Origin: Torpedo marmorata
Lineage: Eukaryota
DNA length: 64,000 nucleotides
NCBI GenBank assembly: GCA_977017645.1
Contig: OZ360231.1
Location: forward strand, 86,304,001-86,368,000
Direction of reading: 5' to 3'
Position 1 is the stretch's first letter. Every line of letters starts with the position of its first letter. A program made the translations under genes and the position numbers. This document shows, piece by piece, positions 25,195 to 38,013 of this stretch. The notes under the pieces were generated by a model that was not told the DNA's origin, did not search any database, and saw only the letters and a list, made by a program, of their open reading frames with translations.

Positions 25195-25405
25195 AACGTG
25201 ACCTTGGCTGATCCTTTATCTTAAAGCTCCATCTCTGTTCTCCTCCCATTTCCTCTGTTGCCTTTGTATGTAGAAATCTAACATCTCATGCTTAAATGTA
25301 TTCAACAACTTGGCCCCCATGGCCTCCTGTGGAAGAAAATTCCATAGGTTCACCACCCTCTGAGTGAAGACATTTCTCCTCGTCTCAATTCGAAGTGTCA
25401 AACCC
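25195..25405 (-). mobile_element. CR1 3' fragment
   Basis: RRNVFTQRVVNLWNFLP motif. Confidence 0.75.
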
Positions 25406-25807
25406 TGCCTTTAAATCCCCAATTTATCGTGGCCAACTCACTCCTCATAACTTTTCAATTTCATTTATTTAGATTTAGGATTCTAGTTTCCAACTGAGAT
25501 ATTTCACTCTCCATCTTCAAGAAGAATTCTTTCATATTGTTGTGAAAAAAATTAGATAACAGGATAGTTGACTTATAGGCCTGTAATACAGAGGGAATTA
25601 GAACAAAAATTATCCTATATTTATGAAAGACATAGTGGAATAATATCTCTGATATCTCCAGCAAGTTAGTGATATTAGACTGTATATTTTTAAGTAAGCA
25701 TGCAGGCCTGGCAGTTCTGCTATATTTGAGGTCACTGGACTTGTTGGTACAAGGCAAATAACATCTATGAGGGCTGAGACATCACAGCTCTATGCAGGAA
25801 AAAATAA

Positions 25808-26610
25808 TGGTGGCACTGCTGGAGCTGCTGTAATGGCAGCGCTATTGCTGGCTTGGACCCAGGAGAGCAGAGAGCTCAGACACCGCCCTGCTCCGAAGGG
25901 TTCAACCGCCCAGACCTAATGCCGACAGCTGCGCACGGGCATTAACTGGCCTGATTAAGGAGCCGATGGTGTTCTGAAATTAAAATCCTGAAATCACAGG
26001 TCTGTGCCCAAAATGGCAGCGCCTGTGCTCGACAGCGGCCACAAGGGGTTGCAGACTCCGGGGAGCAGCGGACCAGTGCAGGACACCAGAAACGGAGAGA
26101 ACACCCTGTACTGAGAAGGAGAAGCAGAGAAAATGATCCTACAGGATTGTGACCACGGCGTCAAACTAGTGAGGGGCTAAGCGGCTGAGTGTCCCACACA
26201 GGCTGCGGGCGACTTGCAGTCGTTCGACCCGCAAGGGTTGCAGGCTGTTGGTGACTGGGTACCGAAGCCAGGATTCGAGAGGGTGCTAGGGGCAAGAAGG
26301 GCTCCCATAGGGCCTCGGGCACTGAAGGCTTCCTGATTGTGTCAGAGGTTTGGATCTGGGGCTCGAATTGCCGATGGATCGAAAAGGAGTCTTTGCTTCA
26401 GTAGAGGCTGCGGGAGTGCTGGAGGTGAATCAACGGATACACAGAGACTCTGAAGGGACTCTCTTTTGCTTCTCTTTCTCTCATACTATAAGGGCACTGG
26501 GTAACACTGATGGTGACACTTTCTCTGCCTTACGACAGGCAGAAGGCAATTTCGTGTAATATTACATGTTCTGTACTATCGCATGACAATAAAGGAATCT
26601 TGAATCTTGA
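25808..26610 (+). mobile_element. GC-rich non-coding retroposon with a Rex1/L2-like 3' tail
   Basis: Abrupt GC-rich segment ending catgacAATAAAggaatcttgaatcttga, like the Rex1 tails in this window. The 5' boundary is uncertain. Confidence 0.5.
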
Positions 26611-26787
26611 GTGCGCTGCAACTGGCTTTGTTGCAACTAGGGGTGCCTCAGCTGTAGCAAAGGAGAACCTCAGTTGTAAGACCACCATTAGGCTAACTGA
26701 CAGGATCGAATAGTGATCCTTGAGGGGAATATTATAAAACACGTAGCCTCACACTTGTGTTCGGCCTGAGTTGGGTAGCTATGAAGA

Positions 26788-26996
26788 CAAAGGAAAAGGA
26801 GCAAAATGATAAAATAATCAATTGGCCCTGACCTTGTTAAAAATATTCTCACCATTATATGAAGTCCTAAACAGCCTTTTCATTAACATACAAGGAGATC
26901 ATGAAAAGGCTGTTTAGGACTTCATATAATGGTGAGAATATCTTTAACAAGGTCAGGGCCAATGGATTATTTTATCATTTTGCTCCTGTTCCTTTG
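26788..26996. repeat. 96-bp inverted repeat with a 17-nt spacer
   Basis: Arms at 26788-26883 and 26901-26996; 3 mismatches. Confidence 0.9.
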
Positions 26997-27017
26997 CATT
27001 AACATACAAGGAGATAA

Positions 27018-30000
27018 AATAGCTTACAATCCTGGAGGGGGGAGCTTGTGGATTTGATCGAAAGAGATTTGATAAAATTTAGTAATGATGGATAGTAAGA
27101 AAATAAATGTAGTAAGTATTAATATAAATGGGCTCAACAATCCGATTAAAAGAAAGAGAACATTAGCGTATATTAAAAAGTTGAATGTAGATATAGCTTT
27201 TCTACAAGAGACGCATTTGGTAGATTCGGAACACCAAAAATTAAAAAGAGAATGGGTTGGTCAAGTGGTGGCTTCTTCATTTAATTCTAAAGCAAGAGGG
27301 GTAGCTATATTAATTAATAAAATGTTACCTTTTAATATACAATCGGTAGTTATAGATGTGGCAGGTAGATATGTTATGGTTCATTGTCAGATATACTCAG
27401 AATTTTGGACACTTATGAATTTGTATGTTCCAAATGCAGATGATGAACAGTTTATTCAAGGTTCTTTTTTACATTTGTCAGAAGCTAATGAGAATATTTT
27501 AATTGGTGGAGATTTCAATTGTTGTTTAGATCCAATAATGGATAAAACTTCAAGATTACTTGTTAAAACTAAAATTGCTAAAAAAGTTCTTAATTTGATG
27601 AAAGATTTAAATTTAATAGATATTTGGAGGAAATTGAATCCTAGAGAAAAAGATTATTCTTTTTATTCTTTTAGACATGACTCATATTCTAGAATAGATT
27701 TATTTTTAATATCTTCACAGGTTCAAGATAGAATAACGCAAGCATCTTATAAAGCGAGAATAATTTCTGATCATTCACCTTTATTAATATCTTGTATAAT
27801 TCCGGAAAAAGAAAAAACTGTATATAGTTGGAGATTTAATTCTTCTTTATTAAAAAGAAAAGATTTCTGTGATTATATGAGAAGGGAAATCCAGGAATTT
27901 TTACAAATAAATTCTAATTCTACTACTAATAAATTTATTATATGGGAAGCTTTAAAAGCTTATTTAAGAGGTCAAATAATAAGTTATTCAGCAAAAATTA
28001 AGAAAGATTATCTTAGGGAGGTAAACAACTTAGAGAAGGAAATTGAGTGTTTGGAAAAAGATTTACAAAAAAATAGATCAATTCAAAAAAGGAATAATTT
28101 AGTTGAGAAAAAATTACATTATAACCTATTACAAACATACAAAATGGAAAAATTAATTGAAAGAACTAAACAAAGATATTATGAGTTAGGGGAAAGAGCA
28201 CATAAAGTTTTGGCATGGCAATTAAAAAAAGATCAAACTTCTAGAACTATAAATGCTATTAGGAAAAAGAATTCTAGGGAAATAACTTATAAACCTCGAG
28301 AAATAAATGATTCTTTTAAGGATTATTATTTAAATTTATATAAATCTCAGATTGATCAAGATAACTCTAAAATTAATAGATTTTTATCTAAAATTACATT
28401 ACCTAAATTAAATATTCAAAGTAGAGAAGCTTTAGATTTACCTTTCTCAATGAGGGAAGTTAATGAAGTTCTTACTTCTTTAACGAGTGGTAAATCTCCA
28501 GGTGATGATGGATTTCCAGCAGAATTTTATAAAGAGTTTAAAGACTTATTGATACCTCCGTATATGGATGTATTAAATCAAATTACAGAAACCCATTCAT
28601 TACCGGATACATTTTTAAATGCAATAATTAAAGTTATACCAAAAAAAGATAGAGATGTTTTGAAAACTGAATCATATAGACCTATTTCATTGTTAAATGT
28701 AGATTATAAAATAATGGCAAAAATTTTAGCAAATAGAATGGCTAATTATTTACCAGATTTAATTCATGTAGATCAAGCTGGTTTTATTAAGAATAGATAT
28801 TCAAAAGATAATAAAGCTAGACTAATTAGTTTAATTAATTTACAAAAAAAGAAAGAAGATTTACCATTAGTATTAACGTTAGACGCTGAAAAGGCTTTTG
28901 ATAGATTAGAGTGGAATTTTTTATTTAAGGTGTTGGAGAAATTTGGTTTTGGAATTACATTTATTAATTGGATTAAAACTATATATAAAGAACCATCTGC
29001 TAAAGTAGTTACAAATGGACAAATTGCTTCAAGATTTCCTTTCACTCGATCTACTAGACAAGGATGTCCTTTGTCACCAGCGTTATTTATTTTGGCGATA
29101 GAACCTTTGGCAGAATTAGTTAGAAAAGATCCTAAAATAGTTGGTATTAAAGTTGGAATGGAAGAACATAAAATTAGTTTATTTGCAGATGATGTATTGA
29201 TATATATGACAAAATCTACTACATCTTTAGTACAATTGTCTGCGTTATTGAGAGAATATGGGGAAATATCTGGATATAAAATTAATTCTGATAAAAGTGA
29301 AATTATGGCATTATCACAAGGGGATTATAGTAAATGTAAAGAAATTACACAATTTAAATGGGCAAAGGAAGGAATTAAATATTTGGGAATAAGGATTGAC
29401 ACAAAATTGGCTAATTTATATAAATTAAATTACTTACCATTATTTGTGAAAATAAAAAAGGATTTAGAAAATTGGAAAGATTTACCTATAACTATAATGG
29501 GAAGAGTAAATTGTATTAAAATGAATGTTTTTCCAAGAATTCAATACCTTTTTCAATCAATTCCTTACAAAATTCCTCCAAATTTTTAAAAAGATTTAAA
29601 TTCAATTATTAGTAAACTTTTATGGAAAGGAAAGTTAGCAAGAGTAGGTATGGAAAAAATAACTTGGAATTATGAAATGGGTGGTTTACAACTTCCTAAC
29701 TTCCAAAATTATTATAAAGCAGCTCAATTAAAATTTGTTAATGAACTTTTTGATTCAACTAAATCTTCTGCTTGGATTAAAATAGAACTAAATAATATAG
29801 GAGAAGATTCTAAAGAAGAAGTTATTTATAAATGGGATTCTAAATTAATATCAACAAGAAAGAAAAATTCTCCTATTCTTAAACATTTGTTAGAAATATG
29901 GAATAAGACGGATAAGGAAATAGGAGGAAAAGGATTGATTTCTTCAAGGATGCCTTTATATCAAAATTGACTTATTCCATTTACTATTAATAATCAATTA

Positions 30001-31131
30001 TTTAAAATTTGGTTTCAAAAATGAATTAAGAAAATAAATGATTGTTTTGAAGCTGGTAAATTTATTACTTTTCAAAGAATGAAAGATAAATTTAATATAT
30101 TAGATAATACACTTTTTGCTTATTATCAAATTAGAGCTTTTCTGATTGAGAAATTAGGTTATGCTTTGATCTTACCAAGACAGAATGAATTAGAATTATT
30201 AGTTACTAAAGGAGACGTAAACAAATTTATTTCTCAAATGTATAAATTGTTTCAGAGGAAAATTCCTAAAGTTGGAATTCATAAATCAAGATTAAAATGG
30301 GAATTAGATTTGAATGTAACAATAGATGAAAATCATTGGAGAGAATTATGTAAATTAAGTATGACGAAGATTATTAATGTTAGATATAGATTAGTACAAT
30401 ACAATTTTTTTCATCAATTATATTTAACACCTAAAAAACTAAAGAAATTTAATCCGACATTATCAGGTTTATGTTTTAGATGTAATAAAGAGGAAGGTTC
30501 TTTTGTACATTCTACATGGTTTTGTCCAAAAGTTTATGATTTTTGGTTGAAAGTTAAAAAATTTTTAGATAAAGTATTTAAGATTATATTTCCAATGGAT
30601 CCTATGATATTTTTGTTTGAAGATATTAAAAAATTCAGTATTAGGATGAAATTAAATATGTATCAAATAGAATTTTTGCGAATTACTTTAGCTGTTTCAA
30701 AGAAATGTATTGCTATTACATGGAAATCTGATCTTGATTTAGGTTTAGAAAGATGGCATGCAGAACTTAGTTCATGTATACCACTTGAAAAAATTACTTA
30801 TAATTTACGGAATAAGTATCATTTCTTTTTAAAAATATGGAGCCCATATATGAAAGCTGTTGCTTTAAGGATTTGAAGATCTCTGGACATCGGATCTACT
30901 AGCTACCTGACCTCCATAATAGAATTAGTTTATAGATGTATTTATTAGATTGACATTCTCCTTACCTTATCCTTTTCTCTTCTTTTTTTAAAAAATTATT
31001 TTATTAGATTAGTGGGGTGGGGAGGGGAGGGGAGGGAGGGGGGGTGAAAATGTATCACAAATATTTTGATAATTTCATATTTTATTTTGTGTATTTTGTG
31101 ATTTAAAATTTTAAATAAAATATTTTAAAAA
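27018..31131 (+). mobile_element. L1 family A (A1) with complete ORF2 region and no ORF1
   Basis: TSD aacatacaaggagataa at 27001-27017 and 31132-31148; G-rich 3' UTR and A tail. Confidence 0.92.
27085..30876 (+). pseudogene. L1 ORF2p (APE endonuclease, RT, Cys-rich C-terminus), lightly disrupted
   Basis: NINGL, LQETH, GDFN, RID and SDH (APE); QGCPLSP and FADD (RT); CFRC..H..C. Frameshift at ~29585 and stops at ~29968 and ~30022. Confidence 0.92.
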
Positions 31132-31369
31132 AACATACAAGGAGATAACAGGGGTAGTTCCATGGTGGTTTTTGGAGTATTGAGATTACTTTAGGAATTT
31201 TTTGTGTAAAATCACGATAATCAGGGCAATAATCATGAGACCACTGTGCAATTAATCACTTTGAAATAAAAACAATAACTCCTCTGCACCTGATTAACTC
31301 AGTGCCAACAGCGACATGTTTGTGCATTGGATGAAGATAGTCTATATGCTTAACAGAAAGCCATGCTTT

Positions 31370-32170
31370 GTACAATCTTAGACACTATGTACCCTGCACC
31401 TAATAATGGGCCAATATCCCCCCTGCAGGTGTAATGTTGATCAAAATAAATATGTTTCCTCTTGATCTGATAATGGATGGATAAGATTAATTCTTTGTTT
31501 GCAACAACATTCTGGTCACCCTTCTCTAAATGCCCCCACACTAAATTATTTGCTAACCCCTTTGCGCTGCACAGTACCCAATCTATGATAGCTTGTTCCT
31601 GAGTTGCCTGTATGCACATCCTGTATATAGTCCAAGAATTCATTCTTCATAGCTGCGTTGCTAATTCAGTTTGGCCAGTCCATTCATGGATTAACGTTAC
31701 CCATGATTACTGTAATACTCTTGTTCTAATTTTCTATTTACATTAACACTGCTGTATGGACATATCCTGCCATTTTCTATCTCCTGATATTCATTATCTC
31801 CACTAAAGTATCTTGACTTTTTGATCCATTATCTTTTCTCATTATTGTCCCAATGTCATCCTTTACCAACAATGTCACCTCACCTCAGGAAAATCAGGGG
31901 ATAAGAGGAATAAACAAGTCAATAACAAAGAGGCATGGATTTGAGATCATTGGTAGGATGAGAGCGGATTTTGAAGATTTTATCAGTCTAAGATCTGGAA
32001 CTCACCCCTAGGCCAATACACAAAAAGTACTTGGATGGTCATTTGGTGGGCCGTAACTTGCAAAAGAATGGAGCAAGAATTGGGAATTGGGATCAGCCTA
32101 AATGATTCTTATGTAACCAGCATGGACATTGGGCCAAATTACCTTCTTCTGTGTCATCAATTTCTATGTC
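31370..32170. mobile_element. Old CR1 relics (minus-strand endonuclease region, then a plus-strand 3' end)
   Basis: QEQAIIDWVLC..GHLEKGDQN resembles the CR1 APE C-terminus; the plus piece ends gggccaaattaccttcttctgtg. Confidence 0.45.
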
Positions 32171-33196
32171 AAAAAGGTGGAACAGTGTATTTACATTGTG
32201 TTAGTTAACTGCCCAACTTCCTTGAGTTATTCCAGTTCAGCATGGTTAAATACAAAATAACTGACTCGTGGAAGTTCAGAGCCATAACTAACAATTGTGC
32301 TGAATAGTGCCCCTGTTAAATGGCACAGCAATATATTCAGAGCAACCTGTGTTATGATGGATGAATCCATGAACTGTCATGACAGTGCTCATTTGCAGTA
32401 AAAGAAATAAAGGATGTCCTGATCTTGATGGGACCAGTAAAGATCAAATCTCTGTGCTCCAGGAAATGTTGTTGCTCAAATTGGTCTCACTACAAGCTAC
32501 CAACATCTAATCTCAGGTACGATACAATAATCCTTGTAAAAATAAGAGGTGAGCAACAAAGATCATTCTGGGTTGCAGGATTTTAACTCACAATGGAAAG
32601 CTCCTTTTGTTGGTACTTCAAGGTATATTTTTCAGATTTTATGAGGAAACTGACAAGAGAGACAAAAATTGGATGTGATGATGGGGCTTGGCAAGATTAT
32701 TTTTATATTGATGAAATTCAATAAATGTTAATTTTATATACTCACAGATCATGAAAAAATATTTCCATCATTAATAATCAGAATTCATTAATATATGCAG
32801 TCCTGTAATTATAACTGAGAATTTTCAAATCTTTGTACTAATAAATTCCACAATGCTGCCAAATAAATACATTTATTCCAGTGTGATATAATGAAATATT
32901 CATATTTACTATTGGCATTTTGACTACTATATTAAGTTTTCTGAAATATAGAGTAATTGGTCATTGTTTTGACTTTTATTTCTGATTTTGTACCATCTTA
33001 AAATTCAAAGCAAAATGGAAAGATATAGACATATTTTGTCTGTTTAAATAATAAAAATAAATTGACTGTGATGTATGCTTTCAAACAACAGGGGATATAA
33101 AAATAAACAAGTTAGCAGCGATTAAAAAAGTTTGGAAGGAAGGAGACTTGTGAGTTACTGTGGAAGGCTAGCAGTTCAAGTGGATTCAAGTGAAAA

Positions 33197-33809
33197 CACT
33201 GGACAAAGAAGATTTTGCTTCCTGAACACTTTTAGGTCTATTTTATGGATTATTGGCAGCTGATCACGATAATCACCTAAATTATTTCCTATCACATACC
33301 ATTTTTTAGATATAACCTATTTTTGTGATTTCCTGTCATATTTTAACATGCTTCAAACAAACAAAACCATGAAGTGCAACATGTCATTGAAAATTCATTT
33401 TCTGCACTCGCACTTGGACTTCTTCCCTGCTGATCTTGGTGCAGTCAGTGACGAACATGGTGAAAGGTTTCACCAGGACATTGCGACCATGGAAAAGCAG
33501 TATCAGGGCAAGTGGAATCCATCAATGCTGGCTGACTATTGTTGGACACTGACACGAGAGGCATCAGATGCTGAGTACAAATAAAAATCAGCGGCAAAAC
33601 ATTTTTAGGTCAGTTGAACTAATGCAATGTGTCAGCATCATTATGTGATTAAACTTGCTAAATTCAATAAAAGTTAATTTAATATTTCTCCAACTTCCTA
33701 TGTGATACAGAAAATATGAAATTATATTTGTGTTCAGCTTCAAGTTGTCTATCATAATCCCCAATTTTTTTCAGGAAGCAAACATTTTGAAAAAAATTGT
33801 TGTCCAGTG
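33197..33809 (+). mobile_element. Non-autonomous DNA transposon, probably a Chapaev3 (CMC) internal-deletion derivative
   Basis: Terminal inverted repeats CACTGGACAA...TTGTCCAGTG plus subterminal ttgcttcctgaa/ttcaggaagcaa. Retains a transposase-like C-terminal peptide MSLKIHFLHSHLDFFP..SDEHGERFHQDI..MLADYCW (33348-33584). The superfamily assignment is from recall. Confidence 0.7.
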
Positions 33810-34456
33810 TAATTAGGAATATGGGGTTAAGGGATGTGGTAAGAAGACTGGTAACTGGGCTTGTTCAGTGGGAAAGGGGTAGACTTGTTTCAGGCAAATG
33901 TCATTTGCTTGTTCATTAAAATCATTCAGTCAGAGTTACAATAAAATTAATAGTTATTTAACTGTCAATTATAGATATCCATAATATTGGAATCAAGTTG
34001 CTGCATTGGTTACAAGTTAAATTCATCACAGAAAGTTAAGTCTTGTCTTTTTCAGTCTGAGAATGCTTTTATCTATGTAACATTTCAATATTGCTAATCA
34101 ACTTCTGCCACTCTAAGAATTAAAAATGTGCAGTGCCTTTTTTTCCCCCAAGTTAAATAAGCAATAATTCCTTTTCTCCTGTCAGCCAACTTTTTCAATT
34201 GCTCGAATGGAGGTTGCTTTACTCGCTATCCAGTTTATTCTAACAGCTTTAGCCAACTCATTTCCTGGCCTGAGCTCTGGAAATTATACAACCTCATTGG
34301 ACTCCAATGAGGAGACCACCAGAGCAGCACAGGAGCAGCACACGTCTGTCTATGGCAGGGCAGAGAATGCCAGCACCTGCTTAGACTTAGAAACCCGGAC
34401 TTCCATGAGAAATTGGGTGGAAAATCTGACACAAAATTTATTTCTAACTGTTCTTT

Positions 34457-34495
<39 letters not shown>

Positions 34496-35601
34496 GCTGT
34501 CACTCTTTATTTACCTTCCTTTACTTCTCTTTCTGTACTTTCACAGTTGAATGTATCCACCCTAATTACCATTCCCTTTTAAATCCCTGCATTGTTATTT
34601 TCACAATTCGTTCATCTGGTTAAGGAGACACACATAATTGTTTCCCTGTTCCCTCAGGTCCCGAAGTCTGGGTTTTCCTAAGTTCATAAGAAATTGAAGA
34701 CATAAATATGTAAAACCAAGTGTAACCAACAACAATCATTTTTGGATGTCCTTAATAATATGAAATCTGGGCAAATGGTCTTTACTACAATACCCTGAAA
34801 ATATATGAGACGACTAAAATGGAAAATGCAATAACTTGCATTTTTGGAACCATGCATGTAGCAGAGGAAAATTAGGAGGGAAAATGCTTTGTTTCAATAC
34901 AAAATAGTCGAGTAGCAACATCCCTTTGAGGCAGGGATTAATTGAATGGAAATGTGAAAAGCAGGACACGAGCTATAGATAATCTGAAATAAAATGGCAC
35001 TGTGCAAAGCAACCATGGGAATTTCTTTATTGGTGGACTGATTCCTTTACACGCATGATATCTGTGGCATTGTGTGCATCAGAATGCTGAATGTCAGACC
35101 TCTGCAAGATGACATGCAGTGACAGTGGGTCACTTCGAAAGTCAAGATGATCACATTGTAAAGCACAATCTCAGACCTCTTGAAGCAGCAATTGTTAAAT
35201 ATGTTAACTTCCTCAAGTAATGAGCAGATTTAGGTCAGCTTTTGCTTGGAATGATCAGGGGCAGCAGACATCTCCAGTGAATGATAATGATATCATGCCA
35301 TTGGAAGTAGGCAACTGGAATAATAATCAGAATGATAGAGTCCGCAACCATCACCCTCATTGCCCCCCTCTCCACTTTCACCACACCACCAAATAATGTA
35401 GAAAACCCGACCTTAAGCACATGGCCCAAGCCTGATCACTGACTTCCAGTTGGGTGGCTGCATGGAGTAACCTGTGCAAGTCATTGACTCTGCCAACACT
35501 TAACACTTTCCACCTCTGGACCTAACTTTTTTTCGACTTTAACTATCTGAAGTTTAGTGGGAGTGTGTATCAATAATACCATGGATATAAATATCAGGAA
35601 A

Positions 35602-36440
35602 ATGCCTCCAAAACTGGCAAAGAAGACAAAAGCGGCTACTGAAACAGCTGGCTCTGAATCCGAAGAGGAGCCTACCTGCACTCTGGTCATGGTTACTGGT
35701 CTGATTAAATCACAGAACAAGGATATATCCGAGAAATTAATGACTGCCTTACGTAAATTGGAGGAAAGGTTTGATCAATCAATACTAATAATAACAGATG
35801 CAAAAATGTATAAAAGACGTTAAAGAACTGGTGCAAGTCAAGTCAGATTTTCTAGAAGAAAAGATGAACAAACTCGAAGCAAATTACAACAATGTGATGT
35901 CTCGCATGGTCAAGTTAGAGGGCCGAAGCAGACGACAGAATATTCGAATTTTGGAAGTTAAAGAAGGCATCGAGAAGGGGGTCTCTCCTGTAACAGTCTT
36001 TGCTCAGCTACTTACCGATTTAGTTGGGAAAGATGTAATAACCGGAGACCTCCTACTGGATAGGGCATATCGGATTCCTTCTTTTAAAAAGACATCGGAA
36101 GATTGTTCAAGAGTGGTGATTGTTTGCTGTCACTATTATCATCAAAAGGAACAAATCATTCAAGCGGCTCATCGAAAGAAGGACATGAACTATCAAGGCC
36201 AACCTGTTAGGTTGGTGGAAGATCTCTGTCCAGAAGTTCTATCGATGAGAAGAAAGTTCCATAGTGTTATGCAAATTTTCTACAATGAAGGTCTGGCCAC
36301 TTATGCAGTACCCAGCGCGTCTTCGAATTGTATTGAAAAATGGACAGAAAAGATTCTTTAACTCCGATCAACAAGCTAAATATGCTCTTTCAGAGATTAT
36401 TCCTGGTTTTTCTGACCAGCTGGTACTTCGAACGGGTTAA
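35602..36440 (+). pseudogene. L1 ORF1p (coiled coil plus RRM), frameshifted
   Basis: MPPK start; LEGRSRRQNIRI, LDRAYR and RLVEDL motifs typical of L1 ORF1. Confidence 0.8.
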
Positions 36441-38013
36441 CTTTTTAGCTTTCATTTTGGAACAGAGGGATGTTTAAGGGATTTTTCTCTGTCTGAATTG
36501 TTCTTGTATTATTGGGATGTACCATTGTGTGGATAAGGGTAATTTGTAGAGTTTTGACTTCTATAATTATAGTTTAAGGGAGAAGGGTTATAGCTTCTCT
36601 TTCACTCTTATTGTTGGTCTCCCTGTGGTTTAAAATTTTTGAAAAAAAGTTTTGTTTTGGTCTATTTCAGACTTTAGACATAACAGTATAAAATGGCACT
36701 TTGAAATAGATTTAGATCTCTTTGTTCTCAAGGTAACAGAAAATGGCGGTAGGGAAGCAATTTGAATTAGAATGACTAATTTTTTTTGGAGAAAAAATGG
36801 CGGTGTTATGGTTGTTTCAAAACGGAACATTTCATAAAGAAAGGGAAGGAAAATGGCGTTGGAGGTTTTTGCTTAGGAGAGTATTCTCTCCCTCCCCCCC
36901 TTTTCTTTTTCTTTTTCCCTTTTTTTCATGCTGGTTCGCTGTTTGGATCTGTGGGGGGAGGTATGCTTGAGTTTGGTGTTGATTGTATCTTTTTCTTGTG
37001 TATACAGTGAGTGTGGGTGTTTCGAGGTTTTGGAGTGTGTGTGGGGTTTTTGGGCTTAAAATTATTATTTTTTTCGTGGGCATTTTCTCTTGGTTTTCGC
37101 ATGCGCTATGTACCAGTGCTTGGTGCATGCGTGTGCCCTCTCCGGTTGAGTTTTTCTTTTTTTTTGCGCATGCGCGGGTTGGGGGTTTTAATCAATCTGC
37201 ACATGCTTGCTGTAGACATCTGAGTTCGATAAGTATGGAGGACTGGGGAATTTTACATTTTGTTTTCCCTTTTTCTTTTGTGGCTGTGTTTTGTTATCAG
37301 GGGCTTTTTCTTGGTAGGGGGTTTCCTTAATTTTATCCTAGACACATTATATCTGTATATGTATATATATATATAAAATGATCTTTACATAAATGTTTTA
37401 CTACACACTTATTAGAGTTATTTGTGTAAGGATTGATTGTGGTGGTGCAATTGTAAAGTTGCTTTGCATTATCAACTATTATAATCAATTAATGATTGGC
37501 TAGTTTATATGTAGGGAATGATCACGATTAGGTTGATGTAGGACTGTTTTGCTTTGTCAAATAATACAATTAACTGAAGATTGATTAGTCCATGTATATA
37601 TAAAACAAATGAATGATTTATTTTTCCTACGCAAGTATTGGATTGGGTAGGTTTTGTGTTTTCATAAACTTTGGCATGGAAGGGGGCCCCCCTATTTTTT
37701 TTACAGGGAGGGAAAGTGTTAATTAATCCTTGTTTTTACAATTTGTTAGTTTTCAATAATTCCAAATTAGTTGGCATGAGTTTTGTAGATCACAACCAAG
37801 TATTTTTGGGGTTTATATTTTTTTCTTGAGCGTATCTCCACCATGGTGGGAGATCTTCAGCTTGGGATGGGCCGGGAGTGGGGGTTAAATAGTGTAGTGG
37901 GTAGGATAAGGTTATCGAGATGTTTTATTTGTCTTATGTCCCTATGGATCAAAAGTGGTGGTCTCTGGGATTGGCAGGGCTCTCGGGTCATTAATTGTTA
38001 GATAATTATTCAA

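Noticed and set aside
22090-29970. Shared stop after YQN in two L1-A1 copies as a sign of a defective master element
   Set aside because: The stops differ (TAA versus TGA), which fits independent decay of a CGA codon.
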